This document shows, piece by piece, positions 39,219-53,946 of a DNA stretch of 64,000 nucleotides. The notes below the pieces were generated by a model. It was not told the origin of the DNA and did no database searches. It saw only the letters and a program-made list of their open reading frames with translations. The DNA is from Octopus vulgaris (Eukaryota). Position numbers and translations under genes: made by a program. Positions within the stretch are counted from its first letter, which is position 1; every line of letters starts with the position of its first letter. Location of the stretch: assembly GCA_951406725.2 (NCBI GenBank), contig OX597817.1, positions 20,088,001 through 20,152,000 of the forward strand. The letters run 5' to 3'.

Positions 39219-40841
39219 AATACATATATTTTTAATATTTACACTCCTACTGTATTGTCATATTCCTATCTTATTTCTTCTGTTATTAAATTTCTCATAC
39301 CTTTTAGTTATTAAATCCTTTCTGTAAACCTTAATCTTCTTAAGCTGTTCCTTATTGTCTAAGAACTCGGATTGTTGAACTTTTCATTTTTCCAATAATG
39401 TATTTGTTAATACATTACCATGTCTATTATCGTAGCTATATTTGTTCGAGTTTGCAATTTCTGGATAGTTAAAATTTGAATTATATGTTTACATGTTGCT
39501 TGTTTCTTGTCTCATTATTTTAGGTTATTTAAATTTTTTTTTTCAATTTTCTTCTTTAGATGTGATATATGTTTTTCTTTATCAAGAATATATAATTTTG
39601 CATTAGCTTATTTGTAGTAACTGAATGCTACTACTCGTATGACAACAGCGTTAATGTTTCTCCATTCTGTGGGAGTACATTTCGTGGTAAAAGAGCCACA
39701 TGTTTTGATTTTCGTATATTAATTTGTTGTCCATTTAGTTTTACTTGTGGGATCGGAGAATTAAGGTCTAAGTCTTCTAGTGACGAATAGATTTTGATTA
39801 AATTAAAGGTTTTATACGTTGCTGTTAATTAGCGAGTAACGTAATAATTGAAATAAAACGGCCAACGTGTAATAACCGACAAATATTTAGCGAAAAGCAA
39901 TAATATTTGAAAGAGAACTTATTACTTTCTTATGCATTTAACAGTTAATATCTCATCCATTTGCTTTTGTTGTACTTGCAGTATCTTTATCGAATTTCTT
40001 GGATATTCTTCGATAGTGAAAAGCAACGATAGAATTAGAGGAGGATCTCTGTGACGCTCAACCTACTAAAAAAATAGTTGCCATACCTGCAACAAATCGT
40101 TTTGTCGTCTAAGCACAGGGCAAATATAAAATAGACGTACAAGCTATTAATAAGGCAGGAAGATCATATCTTGCGTGTATTTATTTACATCCCACCATAT
40201 TTCGATGGAGGCAATAGGCACACATAATAATACCAACAGATATTTAACGTTTAGTGACATAGGGAGCAATCTTGCCTATCACTACTGTTTGTTGCATTGT
40301 TTATCTCGTGTAAGGATATTTAAATCCAACTCAGCCGAAGAGAATTCTGCCTATTACCTTACAAACGTTTTTTCTTAGATACATTTTACAATGCATTATC
40401 AAAGATTATGCCCATTATTTCATGATCTGAAGACAAAATATAAGGGGGCCCTTGTTGCAAATAATAGCACGTCAAAACACCACGAAGAGGCACGCGTGGC
40501 AGTTATTGGATTAGCCGGAAACTTAATCTACTAATCCTTATACGTAAATAAGGAATTCTAAAATATTCAACAGTTTAGAGATGGTAATAACAAAACTAAA
40601 TATCTCCTGGACTAAATGTTACCAAACTACCAAACTACATATGCAAATAAAGTTACTGCAAGGCCTTATGAATATTCTAATTTAAATCCTGTTAATTGAT
40701 TCGAAATTCGTGCTTCGTTGTAATTAAATGGATATCAAGTTCTTAAATGCCTAATTATCTACTAAATTCTTATATTTTATGTTTTTATATATTGCATATT
40801 TCTGAAATCAATCCTCGTGTATATTCGTGTATGTGTGTGTA

Positions 40842-40902
<61 letters not shown>

Positions 40903-42504
40903 ACGTGTGTGTAAATTGTTTTCACTTTCTTCGTGTAACTGAATCTGTTTCTCCGTTTATTTAGTGCAATATAATACTCCATTTCTTCTTCACGCAGGAG
41001 AAGGTAAGAGGTTACTCAGTATTATTTTCAAACTCGTCAATCTCACAATTATCACTATAGAAGAGTTGCAGCAACGAGTGAATCATGTTCATAAGTGTCA
41101 TTATTTTTGTAATATTATTTTTTTTTGTTTCAGTGGGGCGTACACATGTTCAGAGGTGGTTTTTATTTTCAGTGCAAATCTCCTATGAGACAGATAAACA
41201 TGCTCTCATTAACATTAATTGCTTCTTAAATCGAAGCCACTTTCGACATAGTCAAGGAGAATGGACGTTATACTCTCCTAATGAAGGCAATATCTTTGGT
41301 GATTATTTTATAAGAGAACTATGATTTATACATTTTCGAGTGTTTGTATTTCTCTACGTGCTTATAATGTTCTGTTTTATTATTTTCTGTTGGGAGGTGT
41401 GTCAATAGATTAATTGCTGCTGGAGAAGTAGTGACTCGGATTTGAATTTTATTATGCTCAATTCATTGTAATATTATTTTATGAAGCTATAATAGAGGCC
41501 TGACTGAATGCGGTATAATAGAGGGTTCTTGTTCCAATTCCGTTATTTGATTAGAGCTATCTTTTCGTTTCTGAACAAAGATTTGATGTGATGACAAGGG
41601 CTATTTGAAACTCTCTAAATTGATCGATATATTGAAGTTCTATAATGCGTAAATAAGCTTGCATTATACCAAGTGATACTTTATATATCCACCATTGCAA
41701 CTGAGATTGTGTGAGACGGATTTCTGTATGTGATCGCTTTCTTCCTGACTCGTTCGTCATTATAAAATCTACAGCACTAGTTTGAGTGCACAGAAAAGAG
41801 TGTGTGTCTATCATTTTCATTCGACAAAAATAAAGCTATATCAGTTATATATGAACTAAAGTAAAGTTGATTCATGGAGACAAAGAGCGAAAAACTAGAT
41901 CATCTCTCCACTGTTGAAAAACGGTGAAACTAAACTCATGAAAATTACTGTTTTGAAATGACACGACATTTTTTTAAAAAATCAAATAATTTTTAGATAT
42001 GTTACATTTAATGCAATACGACATATTGGTATGTAAGTAAAGCATCATAATAAATGCATCACAGTGCCGGACGATAGTGCTTTGAACTTAAGGATTTGTA
42101 GGTAGCTCTGATGACAATATCTGTCAAAAATTTCCGATTGATAAATACTGCAGTTTAGAAGAGATCGTGCCGGTTTCACAGAAGCAGAGCTAGCAAATGC
42201 AGGCACAAAGTATGTAGGACTGGGTTCTCTCTAAGGTTGTTACGGAGTCTCCAAAGGAAACGAGAAAGAAGTGGAATTCTCTCTCCCCTTGCATCTAAAA
42301 GAGTACATATGCTATATGTACTTCTTAAAATTATAATTCACCATGCTCGTCTAGTTCCATGTATCGCCATCGGATGGTATGAGTGTGGCGTTGTATATTA
42401 CAGCCCTTGAGAGGGAGGATTCTCGTAGAGAGCAAATAGTAGGGCTTTGAAAGTTACATGTTGGGGTCGGAGTCTGTGTAGTTTGCATCCGTTGTATCAT
42501 GCAA

Positions 42505-42718
42505 TACTGGTTTCAAATTTTAACACAGGGCTAGTGATTTCGGTGGAGGGGTAAGTCAGTGGCATCGACACTAGTGCTCAACTGGTATTTTTTTATAGAC
42601 TTCGAAGGGGATGAAACGCAAAATCGACGTCGGAGGAATTTAAACTCAGAACGCAAAGACGGACGAAATGCTGCTCAGAGTTGTGTCTGGCGTGCTAACG
42701 ATTATGTGCTCGCCGCCT
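42505..42718 (-). mobile_element. Diverged SINE family B
   Basis: Reverse-complement similarity to 29678-29908 (ggaatttaaactcagaacg, ggcgtgctaacg, ctcgccgcc). Confidence 0.75.
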
Positions 42719-43202
42719 TATGTAGTATGCAATATTAGAAGCGATATTATCTACGTAGGAAATACGTACACGAGCTCATATACATATATATTTGATCGTA
42801 CAGATTGTCATTTTCGTACAAACTAGAGAAAAGGAATTTTAGTAATCATTAACCAAATTCATAAGCATCATTTACCTTACGGTTTGGATAAATTAACTCT
42901 ATCGTCTCCAGTCTTATAAACACAAAATATGTATTTAATTCGCTGTGTGAGCGTATGTGCGCCAAGCCACCCTTTTTCCTCTGCTTATAACTTCGTATAA
43001 GTCTGTACGAGCTAGTGTACGAGCGCCATAAGGGAGGATGTTATACAACCATATCTGCTGAGGGTAACATTTAATTTTTTTTCGCTGTGTAGTGTGTTTC
43101 TTTGATTGCTGAAAAAAAATCTTTGGTATTGTTTCTGCTTTCATTCTTAAATATAGCTTCTGGTAAATAATACACACACACACGGACACACACACACACA
43201 CA

Positions 43203-43254
<52 letters not shown>

Positions 43255-44304
43255 TATATACATATATATATAATATTATTGTTATGTATACGCATAACTA
43301 TCTATGGTTTTCTTATGGTTAAAATGTATTTATGTAACTTTTGTATTCAAAACCACTCAAATGTTATGCTGATGGAATATTTAAATTGCCTGATTGATGG
43401 GCAACAGTTATTAATAATAATGGAAGTTATTTCATTCATTAAAATTTATTGAAAAGTCATATATTTTTATCCCTTTTTGCATATTAAAAAACGCTCAGAA
43501 CTTTAAAGGGAACCTAAACTATTCTTTCATTAGCCCGTTGTCAGCCATGTGCATATTTAATCGGGAGTTTTTGGTAGTTCTTTAATGCCCCGGCACTTCA
43601 AGCATGTTGGAGATGGGTCGTTTTTACTGTTGCTCCTTTAATATACATATGTATATGAATATTAATTTAATGTATAAATTTCCTATACATGTTTTCAGCA
43701 TGCTGACTACCTGATGAAAATCATTAACGTGATTAAAACGATAGGTGTCTGTATTTTTGACCATTTATTTGCTGTAAATATTCATATAGGAACAATATGC
43801 TGAAAAATACAATTACCCCCCACAATGATTTAAAAACATGAAGAAGAAATATAATGAATAAATTTTCACAAAAAAACACATTACTAAAGAGAGAAAATTT
43901 AATTAAACATGAACGATATTAAACGTATCGCTAACGGTATCACTGAATTCTTTTTATCGCATTGTCTAATTGAACAAAAACTTTGTTAATGAGATTTATT
44001 GTGAATTATTGTTGGCGTCAAATGTTTTAAAGATATTCTGACATTTCAGCCAAATCTCTCTTTATAATCGTCAATATTTCGTAAACAATACACACACAAG
44101 TTACATAGAAGATAACAGAAATATCAGAATCCTATATATTCACGCATACATGCAAACAAGCATACATGCATACATGCAGTTATACATACATTTATACATA
44201 GATATACGTATTGTGCGCGGGTAAATCGTACAGTTGCGAGTCTATTAAACAGGGGAAATTAAACAAAAATCCACATCTTATCAGACTTACAACACATAAA
44301 AAAA

Positions 44305-44680
44305 AACCACATGGTTCCGGGTCCAGTCCCACTGCGTGGCATCTTGGGCAAGTGTCCTCTGCTATAGCCCCGGGCCGACCAATGCCTTGTGAGTGGATTT
44401 GGTAGACGGAAACTGAAAGAAGCCTGTCGTATGTATATATATATATATGTACGTGTGTGTGTATGTTTGTGTGTCTGTGTGTGTCCCCCTAGCATTGCTT
44501 GACAACCGACGCTGGTGTGCTTACGTCCCCGTCACTTAGCGGTTCGGCAAAACAGACCGATAAAATAAGTACTGGGCTTAAAAAAAGAATAAGTCCTGGG
44601 GTCGATTTGCTCGACTAAAGGCGGTGCTCCAGCATGGCCGCAGTCAAATGACTGAAACAAGTAAAAGAGTAAAAGAGTAA
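44305..44680 (+). mobile_element. SINE family A, 5'-truncated
   Basis: Closely matches 7360-7775, including the tail and (gtaaaaga)n. Confidence 0.9.
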
Positions 44681-45368
44681 ACCGTTCTTTCTCTTCATTT
44701 GATTCCTGATGCTCAAGGCAGATTTTGCATGTTATACCTACGTAGAAGCATGCTTCAACTATTTCCAGTGTCCCAAATTCTCATATAATCACATTTGATT
44801 TCAGATATACTTGAAATAATTAAAATGTGGGACAACGGGAATGTGACTCAGAACGTTTTCACCATAATTAAACCTTGTGTTACTCTAGAATTCTCCAGTT
44901 ATTTACTTTGCATCTGCAAAATCCTCGTCGTATTAACTGCTAAAATACTATTATTGGAATAGTATGAAGCGGTATGTTATAATATGTATGCATGCATATA
45001 TGTATGTATTATGTAAGTACATGTATGTATATGTATATATTTGTATATGTGTGTATGTATTTATGTGTGTACATAAGTTGGGAGGTAGGTTTTTAAGTAT
45101 GTATGCCCGGATGCATAGAATACTTTTCCTCCAGGTGCCAAACTACGTCTGATAGGTGAGTGAGATTGTCCATGGTCGATCGCGGTTGTATAGGAATCTA
45201 AAACAAGTAGTGAAAGCTATTTAACGTAAGATTTCTGTGCTAATGACTGATGTGCATTGGATTTTAATGCATATGCATGTTTGTGCGTATGTATTTTGCA
45301 TCTAGACACACAATATGCCTCCGTCTGTATACATAAATATACACATACATACATGCATACATACATAC

Positions 45369-45411
<43 letters not shown>

Positions 45412-47584
45412 CTTACGAACACAAAAAGAAACATACATACACACGCACACGTATTTATATATATATTTACATCCCTTTATAGGATATGAAAATTCCAGTA
45501 CCTGATACATATTATATTAACCATTGATGTATTTATTACTTGCACTGAATCAGATAGACGACGGTGGGGATTCGTTTTGGTGCAATTGTTATCACGTACA
45601 AAACAATCCCACTGCATTTGCAGTGACATTTCGCGAGCCCTAATATAAATGTGATACTGTGTTTAATGACGTTCACATACTGAATTTTCACACTGGTGAG
45701 ATTTAAACAATGATGACTTACATTAATATAATTAAAGATATTGATATTGTAAAACCTTTTCACCAATTTGCGAGTTTGATATGAATATACTTATGTACAT
45801 GTGGATATCAATAATCGAAACTGGGACAGGTGAATATAAACTACACATTTCACGTTACTATTAATAACTTTTGAGACAGATTTGCGTACAAATTCCCATC
45901 GTATAATTTCCATTAAAATCTGTCGATGAATGATCCTTTGGGGTTATTGATTATTAACATCAAAATCATATGACGTAATTATTGTACATAATATCTAGTT
46001 TTCCGTATTATCCATGCTGTTACACGAGGCAACTGCCTTCCTTATGCAGTTTAAACTCTTGATACAATGATCACTTATAGAGTCACATGATATTTGAGTG
46101 TTATCAGCAACACCCAAGGAAGCTCTACATCAAATGGACGCAAGTCATGTACAAAATATCTCCATAAATGGAAGCGCAGCAATTAACGAACTGCAATCAC
46201 AACTGTGACAAATACGGCATAGCTTCTAGTTCTTTAATCTTACATTAATTTGCAACCCATGGAATTCGGAAATATGTTTCTGAAGTTGGTGGGCAGAAAT
46301 AAATGCTCTTAATGTCATTACGTGCATTTCAGTACTCTCTCTCTATATATGTGTGTGTATGTATGTATATATATAGGAGGGGGCGAAACGGAGTGAGAGA
46401 GAGAGAAATACAATAGCTGAGAGCCACCTATGATCAGTATAGAAAATACGTAGTGTGCTCAAATTCATTTCAATTCTTGCAAAACTAACACAACAGGGTT
46501 AAATAAGGCAATAATAGAGGTGCAAGAAGCGCTAATGGAGACACTAATGCAAACACACACATAAATACATACATACAAAACATACAATCAAACACACACA
46601 GACGCATATATGCTTTATTAATAAAGCTGAAAAGACATAAAAAAACTGCTCCTGTTCATGAAACTCTGATTAACAGGTCTTATGATGCCTTTGCAGCTTT
46701 ATTAATAAAATGTATTTCCCTACCTTCGGTATTTGAATGCTATTTTTCTGACCTTGTTTCACATGTATTTGCTTCAATCAAGCATACATATATGTACATA
46801 TATATAAATGCACAGACTCACATACACACATATACACCCACACATGTCGAACGACGAGAACGAGTGTTCAACACCGCATAGTTGGATAGAATTTATTTAT
46901 TTGCGTATTAGGGCTATCATTGGTTTCTTATTAAAAAGTTATCTTAAGATCTTAACGATGTTTCAAGCCGAGCACATACAGGAATGGTGATGGTCTCCAT
47001 TTGCAGAAAATTTCGTGAAGAAAACTTTGGGGAAAAACAGTCCTGTGTGGTGGTAAATTTGTTTGCATTATATTATATCATATTATATTATACGTATATG
47101 TGGTGCTTGTATGTTTGTGAGCTGAGGCAGTTCGTCATGAAGGCATGTTTCTTCTATGCGTGGAGACCGTGTGTCTTATACATTCAATTTTCAGGTTCAG
47201 GAAATGGAATTTTCATTCTGGGTTTCGCGGTGGTAGTTCCGGTTTGAAGTGTCGAAGTGTGAAATATTATTTGTGTTGCAGTGAGAGAGGGTCTCATCCC
47301 TAATATTTAGGACGTCATCTGTTCACTAAATGCGATTTAAGTTTATTTCTTTCACTGAGATTTTTTCGGAAGACACGATACATTGTGTTTTCTTTCAAGA
47401 TGGAGACGAACGCAATACATCCATGTGCTCGGTTTGAGAAATTGATAAGATATTTAGATATATTCATTAATATGAAACGAATTGTAGCCCACAAAATGGA
47501 GAAATCTATGTATATATGTATATGCATGTATGCATAATCTATGCATGAATGTATATATATATATATATATATATATATGCATAC

Positions 47585-47695
<111 letters not shown>

Positions 47696-47706
47696 TGTGT
47701 GTATGA

Positions 47707-47895
47707 ATTGCTGGCGATTTTTTCTTCCGTCTTCTCTATCTCTTGGGCTTTCCTCTGTCTCAAGTCTCTAAAGAAGAACTTTGCTCAAACGTAAAACCAC
47801 CTTGGGCGTCTGCTAATACTTTGCATTACTACATCCTTACGTTTCGCGCTGCTGTTTTTTCTTGTGTTTGTTCTTGGTTCATTTGTATTTACTAT
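47707..47895 (+). mobile_element. Diverged copy of the HHR-bearing element at 56921-57098
   Basis: Shares ccgtcttc, gcgtc..taatact and ttgtgttt with its reverse complement. Carries a degenerate HHR, ctaaaga-agaactttgctc-aaacgt-a-aaac. Confidence 0.6.
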
Positions 47896-49010
47896 ATATA
47901 TATATATTTTAAGTCTGTATGGAAAGTGGTTGTTTATTCCTAGGGTTTTTTATCCAGGCGCACACAAGTTTACATCTATATCAATTGACAATACCGAAAT
48001 TCCACATCTGCATATGTACTACTGTTTATCGTTGGGTTATCTTCGATATTAGTACCTTATACATCTGAAATTCCATCGTTCCATCTTTCCAGTATACGAG
48101 AAAAAGCTTACAATACAAAAAATGGAGAATCCATAGGCAGAGTAATCAATGTATTATAATAGTGAATTCATGTTGCCGACGCGCGTTTCGGTTTATTATC
48201 TAAATCCATATTTATGCAAATTACATTAGACTATAAATTTGAAAAACGCAAAAATATTCCTCAGTCCCAAAAATCTTTGTTATCACATCAAACATTTACT
48301 GTTATATTTTTTCACATATCCTAACTCATGGAGAGTTCAATGCAAATGAACTGTAGCATGTGGGTCTTGGATTCTGTTCTAAAAATAGATAGACGTTGAT
48401 TTTGATCTCACTGGACAAGGGAAAAGCATAGACCAGAAGAACTAGGTCATGTTACTCTACACCGGTTATGGCGGTGCAAACCAGCTTTTTACAAACTAGG
48501 GATTTTATTCATCTCTGTTCAGTATGTCTATAAACACATTCCTCATTAACTATATAGGTTTATCAACTTACCTTTATTTATGATTTGCACTATCCATCAT
48601 GTTCACAACATATATTTATGTTTTTTATACTTGGCAAAAATAACTAGGAATGTAGTTATTTGCTAATTTTAATTATTCATTTTGTTTGTTCTTATTGTAA
48701 GAAGTTGTATTGACTTTTATTAATATATAGATATACTAGTTGATAGTTTGAATTCTTACATATAATTGTACTAGAAGTACGATACTCATGTACACAGTAT
48801 GTGCTTTAACTAAAGGACTTCTAATTACAAAGGAAGCATATTACATTTTAAGCACTTTGGTATTTTTGAATTAATATATATATATACACACACGCATATA
48901 TATATATATATATATATATACATACATACAAGCATAAATACATACGTACAATTCATACATACACACACACACACATACACACACACACACACATACACAC
49001 ACACACACAC

Positions 49011-49060
<50 letters not shown>

Positions 49061-49885
49061 CATATGTGGCAATTAGTTGTTTGTCATAATATAGCTAACA
49101 TATATTTATGGATAAATTCCTCTACTTTCCATGAAATCGAGATCTGATTCATTCTTTTCTTGTCATATTATTATTATTAATATATATATATATACATCTA
49201 AACATAGTTAAATGATAAATTCATTAAAATGAATGAATATTATCAGTCACCAGCATATGAAATGGATAAATTAATATATAGTGATATATATTATTGTATA
49301 GAGTACAATTACAATTCGGGTCACATAAGCTAACACGCCTATATGTCAAAAACAGAGGCCAAATACGTCGAGCCACTATAAATCTTCACTTATCAATAGA
49401 CACACATTGAAATTGGGGAAGTGAACTACCAAAAATTCATAAAATATTTCAGATAGTTTGGGATTGAGCAATTCCTGGATTATTTTATTAACTATTCCTT
49501 TAGCAGCAAACCATACTGTGCGATATAATTGAAAATATTTATACATCCTCTCAGAAAATACAGGCAAAATGCGAGTACATATAAATGTTCAAAAATATAT
49601 ACGCATCGAATTTCGTACTCTACCTCAACATGTGAATATTTGGTCAGAATTGTACAGAATTAACTAAACAGTCCCGAGGGGAATTTTATCATTTACATTA
49701 ATGAAGTCTAACAGTGGCCAGTATATAAACATATTTTAGGTAAAATTCATATAAGATCATGGTAGCTTTTGTGCCCTTAATTATAACTATATTATATAAA
49801 ATTATCTCTCTCTACTGTAAGTAAATATATATATATATAATAATATATTATATATATATATACATACATACATAAATACATACAT

Positions 49886-49928
<43 letters not shown>

Positions 49929-50789
49929 CATACATACAAATCTATGCAATCACATTCACTCATACGCGCACACGCGTATATATAAAACTACATACACGTA
50001 CACTCATGATTGCATACAGACACACTCATAGGACTAAGATGGTCTCAGGAGATCTGAACATATGAACATAGTTTGGCTTCATGACATCCTCCCCCTATGT
50101 TCGTCGAAGAAATGCTAAACTTAACATTACAAATTGCGTTTTTAAAACAATTACTGTTTTGAAACAGATACGCATCAAGAGACATTCAGGCAGCAAATGT
50201 TTTAATATGAGAACCTATACCCAGAACAGTTATCAGAATATAATTCCATGTCATAAAGAGTTCTGCTGGGTATATTATATGAAAATTGTTGCATGAAATA
50301 TATCCATGAAGAGACAAAATATGCGCCTTTATTCTGATGTCTTGCATGACATCTAGATTTAATTTACCAAATATTTTCCTCTCATTCTACTCATTTTGCA
50401 ATCCGGTGGGAAAAATATTGGCATCATATCATTCCATTCCTCGTTATTTCATAAGTAATGCGTGATAATATATTCATTTCGAACATTACTATTCATTTTA
50501 AAATGTATTTTATAACAATAATGCTTAATGAAGTAAATGATAATTATAAAAAATGATGTCAAATGCATTTACACATAACTTTTAAAATTTTGGAGTTATA
50601 TATATTTTCTTGCGATATATAACATACACCACGTATAATGCGCATACAACCTCCTGTCAAAAATTAACTGCAATTGAATATTAAGTAGAATTCTGAAGTA
50701 AGTAAATATTTGAAAAAAAGTGATTTTTGATACGAACATATTCTAGAAGACAAAACAGGATAAAAATGTTATGAGTTAAAATATATTTA

Positions 50790-51058
50790 TACCTTTCTTT
50801 TTCTTGTTTTAGTCAATGAATTGCAGCCATTCTGGGAAGCGACTTGAAGCGCTTAGTCGAACGTGCCGACGCACGCGCTTATCGTATTGGCTACTTTCAC
50901 GGAACTACTACGTTAAGAAGAGGTAAACAAACAATCTCTGCTTGGTAAGCGGTGCTGGAGCGACGAATACAAATACGCACCCACACATGCATACATACAT
51001 TTATATATATATATATGTTGGTGGGAAGGAAGCTTCTTTCCACACAGCCATTCCTGCG

Positions 51059-51060
<2 letters not shown>
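50790..51060 (-). mobile_element. Degenerate SINE family A remnants
   Basis: Tail-like cttgttttagtcaatgaattgcagccat and head-like ccacacagccattcctgcg. Confidence 0.6.
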
Positions 51061-51123
<63 letters not shown>

Positions 51124-51162
51124 ATGTATGTATGTATATATATATATATATATATATATGTA

Positions 51163-51228
51163 TTTGATTTTGATTTTGATATTTCCAGTTTCAGCTAATG
51201 AGCTGTGGCCATGCTGGGGCACCGCCAT
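51163..51228 (-). mobile_element. Isolated LINE 3' tail in inverted orientation
   Basis: Reverse complement reads atggcggtgccccagcatggccacagctcattagctgaaactgg plus (atcaaa)n, nearly identical to 53903-53946. Confidence 0.85.
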
Positions 51229-51335
51229 ATATATATATAATATATATATATATATAATATATATATAATACGGCACCGCCGTATATATATAATAATAAAT
51301 ATTAGGGAATAAATCCAAACTTACAACACATAGGT

Positions 51336-53564
51336 GTGCTTCTTATGGGAGACTTCAATCTGCCCAATGTCAGAAGGCCCGAGGGCCTTTCTCTCCCAGG
51401 AATGACAAGATGTGAACGAGGACAGGCGAGGTCCCTCCTGAACCTCATCAACACCCTGTACATGGAGCAGGTAATACTCCAACCAACCAGGGCAGGTAAC
51501 ACACTGGATCTCTGCTTCACAAATGACATGGATCTCATCCATAATGTGAAAGTGACACCGACACTACTCTCGGATCACAACATGATAGAGCTGACCATGT
51601 ACGGGCCAAAAGAGAGCACGGACATGCAGCCTACAAGAAACCCTCAAAATCTTTCCAGCTTGAACTACCATAAGGCAAACTGGAAACAAATTGAGAAAGA
51701 GATCCTCAAACAAAACTGGCCTAAATGTCTCTCCTCGCCAGACATCGACGTGAAACTTCAACAATTCATGTCTGTAATGCAAGCCATATGCTACAAATGT
51801 GTCCCAGAGAGAAAGGCCACTGTACACAAGAACAAAATCCCCAGAGAGAGGAAAATTTTAATGAGACGGCGTACGAAATTTTCAAATCGCCTAAACAAAC
51901 ATATTGAAAGCAGTGAAAAGTCCCGCCTAAAAATAAAACTGTTGGAAATCGAAAAATGTCTGCAACTCTCCCATGAAAAAGAAAGAGCAGACAAAGAAGC
52001 CTGGGCTATAGAAAACATAAAATCTAACCCCAGAGCTTTCTACAGGTATGCCAAAGAAACAGCTACAGTGCACTGTAGAATAGGGCCACTCCTCGAAAAG
52101 GATGGCACACTTACAGGAAAACCAATGAGGGTAAGTGAAATACTGAATGAGCAATTCAAGAGTGTTTTCACTCCACCCCTTGGGCATCTCCAAATCACCA
52201 ATCCAACTGACTTTTTTACCACTGCAGATATAAAATCAGAGGCGGCGACGATAGATTACATCGATATAAAGGAAGACGATGTAACCAAGGCTATAGATGA
52301 AATGAAAACAGACTCAGCTACTGGCCCCGATGGATTCCCGGCAATCCTCCTAAAAGCATGTAAGAGAGTCCTAGCAAGACCACTGCAGTTCCTCTTTCAG
52401 AGCTTCCTTGCAGCTGGCAAACTTCCAGGAAAACTGAAGGAAGGTAAAATATGCCCCATTCATAAAGGAGGTAGCAGAGCGGAAGCCAAGAACTATAGAC
52501 CTATCTCTCTGACCTCACACATCAGCAAGGTCATGGAACGAATAGTCAGAAGGAAGCTGATCACCTTCCTTGAAGAGAATGACTTGCTGCCCGACACCCA
52601 ACATGGTTTCCGACCAGGGAGAAGCTGTTTAACTCAGCTCCTACAACACTATGACTGGGTGCTGAAACGGCTGCTCAACCACTCAAATGTGGAAGTGATA
52701 TATCTTGACTTTGCAAAGGCCTTTGATAAAGTCGATCATGGAATGATATGTCACAAACTACGTGATCTCAACATAGTTGGAAAACTGGGAGAATGGCTTC
52801 ATGACTTTCTGAAGGATAGAAGTCAGGTGGTAGTAGCCAATGGGGCCACCTCCATTAACACACAAATAGTGAGCGGTGTTCCGCAGGGCACTGTTCTGGG
52901 ACCACTACTGTTCATAATGGCCCTCTCAGACATGCCCTCAGCCACGCAGAGAGCCACGATCACAAGTTATGCAGATGATACAAAAGTTTCACAGGCAATA
53001 CAGAACCCTGAGGACACTAAACACCTGCAATGTGAGCTGAAAGTGACCTGCAAGTGGGCTGAAAAGAATAGCATGCAGTTCAATGCTGGAAAGTTTCAAG
53101 CTTTATACTATCAGCATGCAAAACTGAATGCAATACCCAATGAATACACTGGACCCGGAGGGATTGCAATCCCAGAGGCACAATCAGTGCGTGACCTGGG
53201 TATTCACATGAGTGATGACGCGACCTTTCATGTACATGTTGCTAAACTGACAATGAAATGTAGACGGCTGGCTGGCTGGATTCTTAGAACCTTTAGAACA
53301 AGAGAACAAGAAACCATGATGGTCCTCTGGAAGACACTTGTCCTAAGCCACTTTGACTATTGCTCTCAGCTATGGTCACCATCCAGTGTCAAGTTGATCA
53401 CAGAACTTGAGGCGATCCAACGAAGCTACACAAAGAAGATAGCCTCTATGCAGAATGTAAGCTACTGGGAAAGACTCAAGAGATTAAAATTATATTCCCT
53501 GGAGCGTAGGCGGGAAAGATATGCCATAATATACATCTGGAAGATCCTGGAGGAAGTGTCCTGA
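51336..53564 (+). CDS. LINE ORF2: partial AP endonuclease and reverse transcriptase (742 aa, lacking the true N-terminus)
   Basis: APE motifs GDFNLP, TR.GN.LDL and SDHN. RT motifs GPDG, NYRPISL, QHGFRPGRSC, YLDFAKAFDKVDH, SGVPQGTVLGP and YADD. Confidence 0.92.
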   Translation: MLLMGDFNLPNVRRPEGLSLPGMTRCERGQARSLLNLINTLYMEQVILQPTRAGNTLDLCFTNDMDLIHNVKVTPTLLSDHNMIELTMYGPKESTDMQPTRNPQNLSSLNYHKANWKQIEKEILKQNWPKCLSSPDIDVKLQQFMSVMQAICYKCVPERKATVHKNKIPRERKILMRRRTKFSNRLNKHIESSEKSRLKIKLLEIEKCLQLSHEKERADKEAWAIENIKSNPRAFYRYAKETATVHCRIGPLLEKDGTLTGKPMRVSEILNEQFKSVFTPPLGHLQITNPTDFFTTADIKSEAATIDYIDIKEDDVTKAIDEMKTDSATGPDGFPAILLKACKRVLARPLQFLFQSFLAAGKLPGKLKEGKICPIHKGGSRAEAKNYRPISLTSHISKVMERIVRRKLITFLEENDLLPDTQHGFRPGRSCLTQLLQHYDWVLKRLLNHSNVEVIYLDFAKAFDKVDHGMICHKLRDLNIVGKLGEWLHDFLKDRSQVVVANGATSINTQIVSGVPQGTVLGPLLFIMALSDMPSATQRATITSYADDTKVSQAIQNPEDTKHLQCELKVTCKWAEKNSMQFNAGKFQALYYQHAKLNAIPNEYTGPGGIAIPEAQSVRDLGIHMSDDATFHVHVAKLTMKCRRLAGWILRTFRTREQETMMVLWKTLVLSHFDYCSQLWSPSSVKLITELEAIQRSYTKKIASMQNVSYWERLKRLKLYSLERRRERYAIIYIWKILEEVS

Positions 53565-53878
53565 ACTTTGGCATCGAGAGTTACGCAAATGCCAGAACTG
53601 GGCGCCACTGCGTGGTGCCTAGGACTCCAAACCTGCCATCAAGATGTAGGACAAGATTCTGTGATAGCCTGGGCTTCCGAGGCCCACAGCTCTTCAATAT
53701 CCTCCCGAAGAACCTGAGAGACCTGCATGGGGTGGATACAGATGTCTTTAAAATGAAGCTGGATCTCTTCCTGTCAGGTGTCCCAGATGAACCAACTTCA
53801 CGGCAGGAGGGGCAGATGAGGGCAGCTGCATCGAACTCTCTCATGCACCAAATAGCAGTTGCTAGAAAGCCTCCATGA
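53560..53878 (+). pseudogene. Frameshifted C-terminus of the LINE ORF2
   Basis: RGPQLFNILPKNLRD..FKMKLDLFL..VPDEP..RAAASNSL continues ORF2 in another frame. Confidence 0.8.
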
Positions 53879-53946
53879 AGTGAAACCAAGTAGCAACACC
53901 AAATGGCGGTGCCCCAGCATGGCCACAGCTCATAAGCTGAAACTAG

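Noticed and set aside
51564-52222. Overlapping antisense and alternate-frame ORFs
   Set aside because: Shadows of the LINE ORF2.
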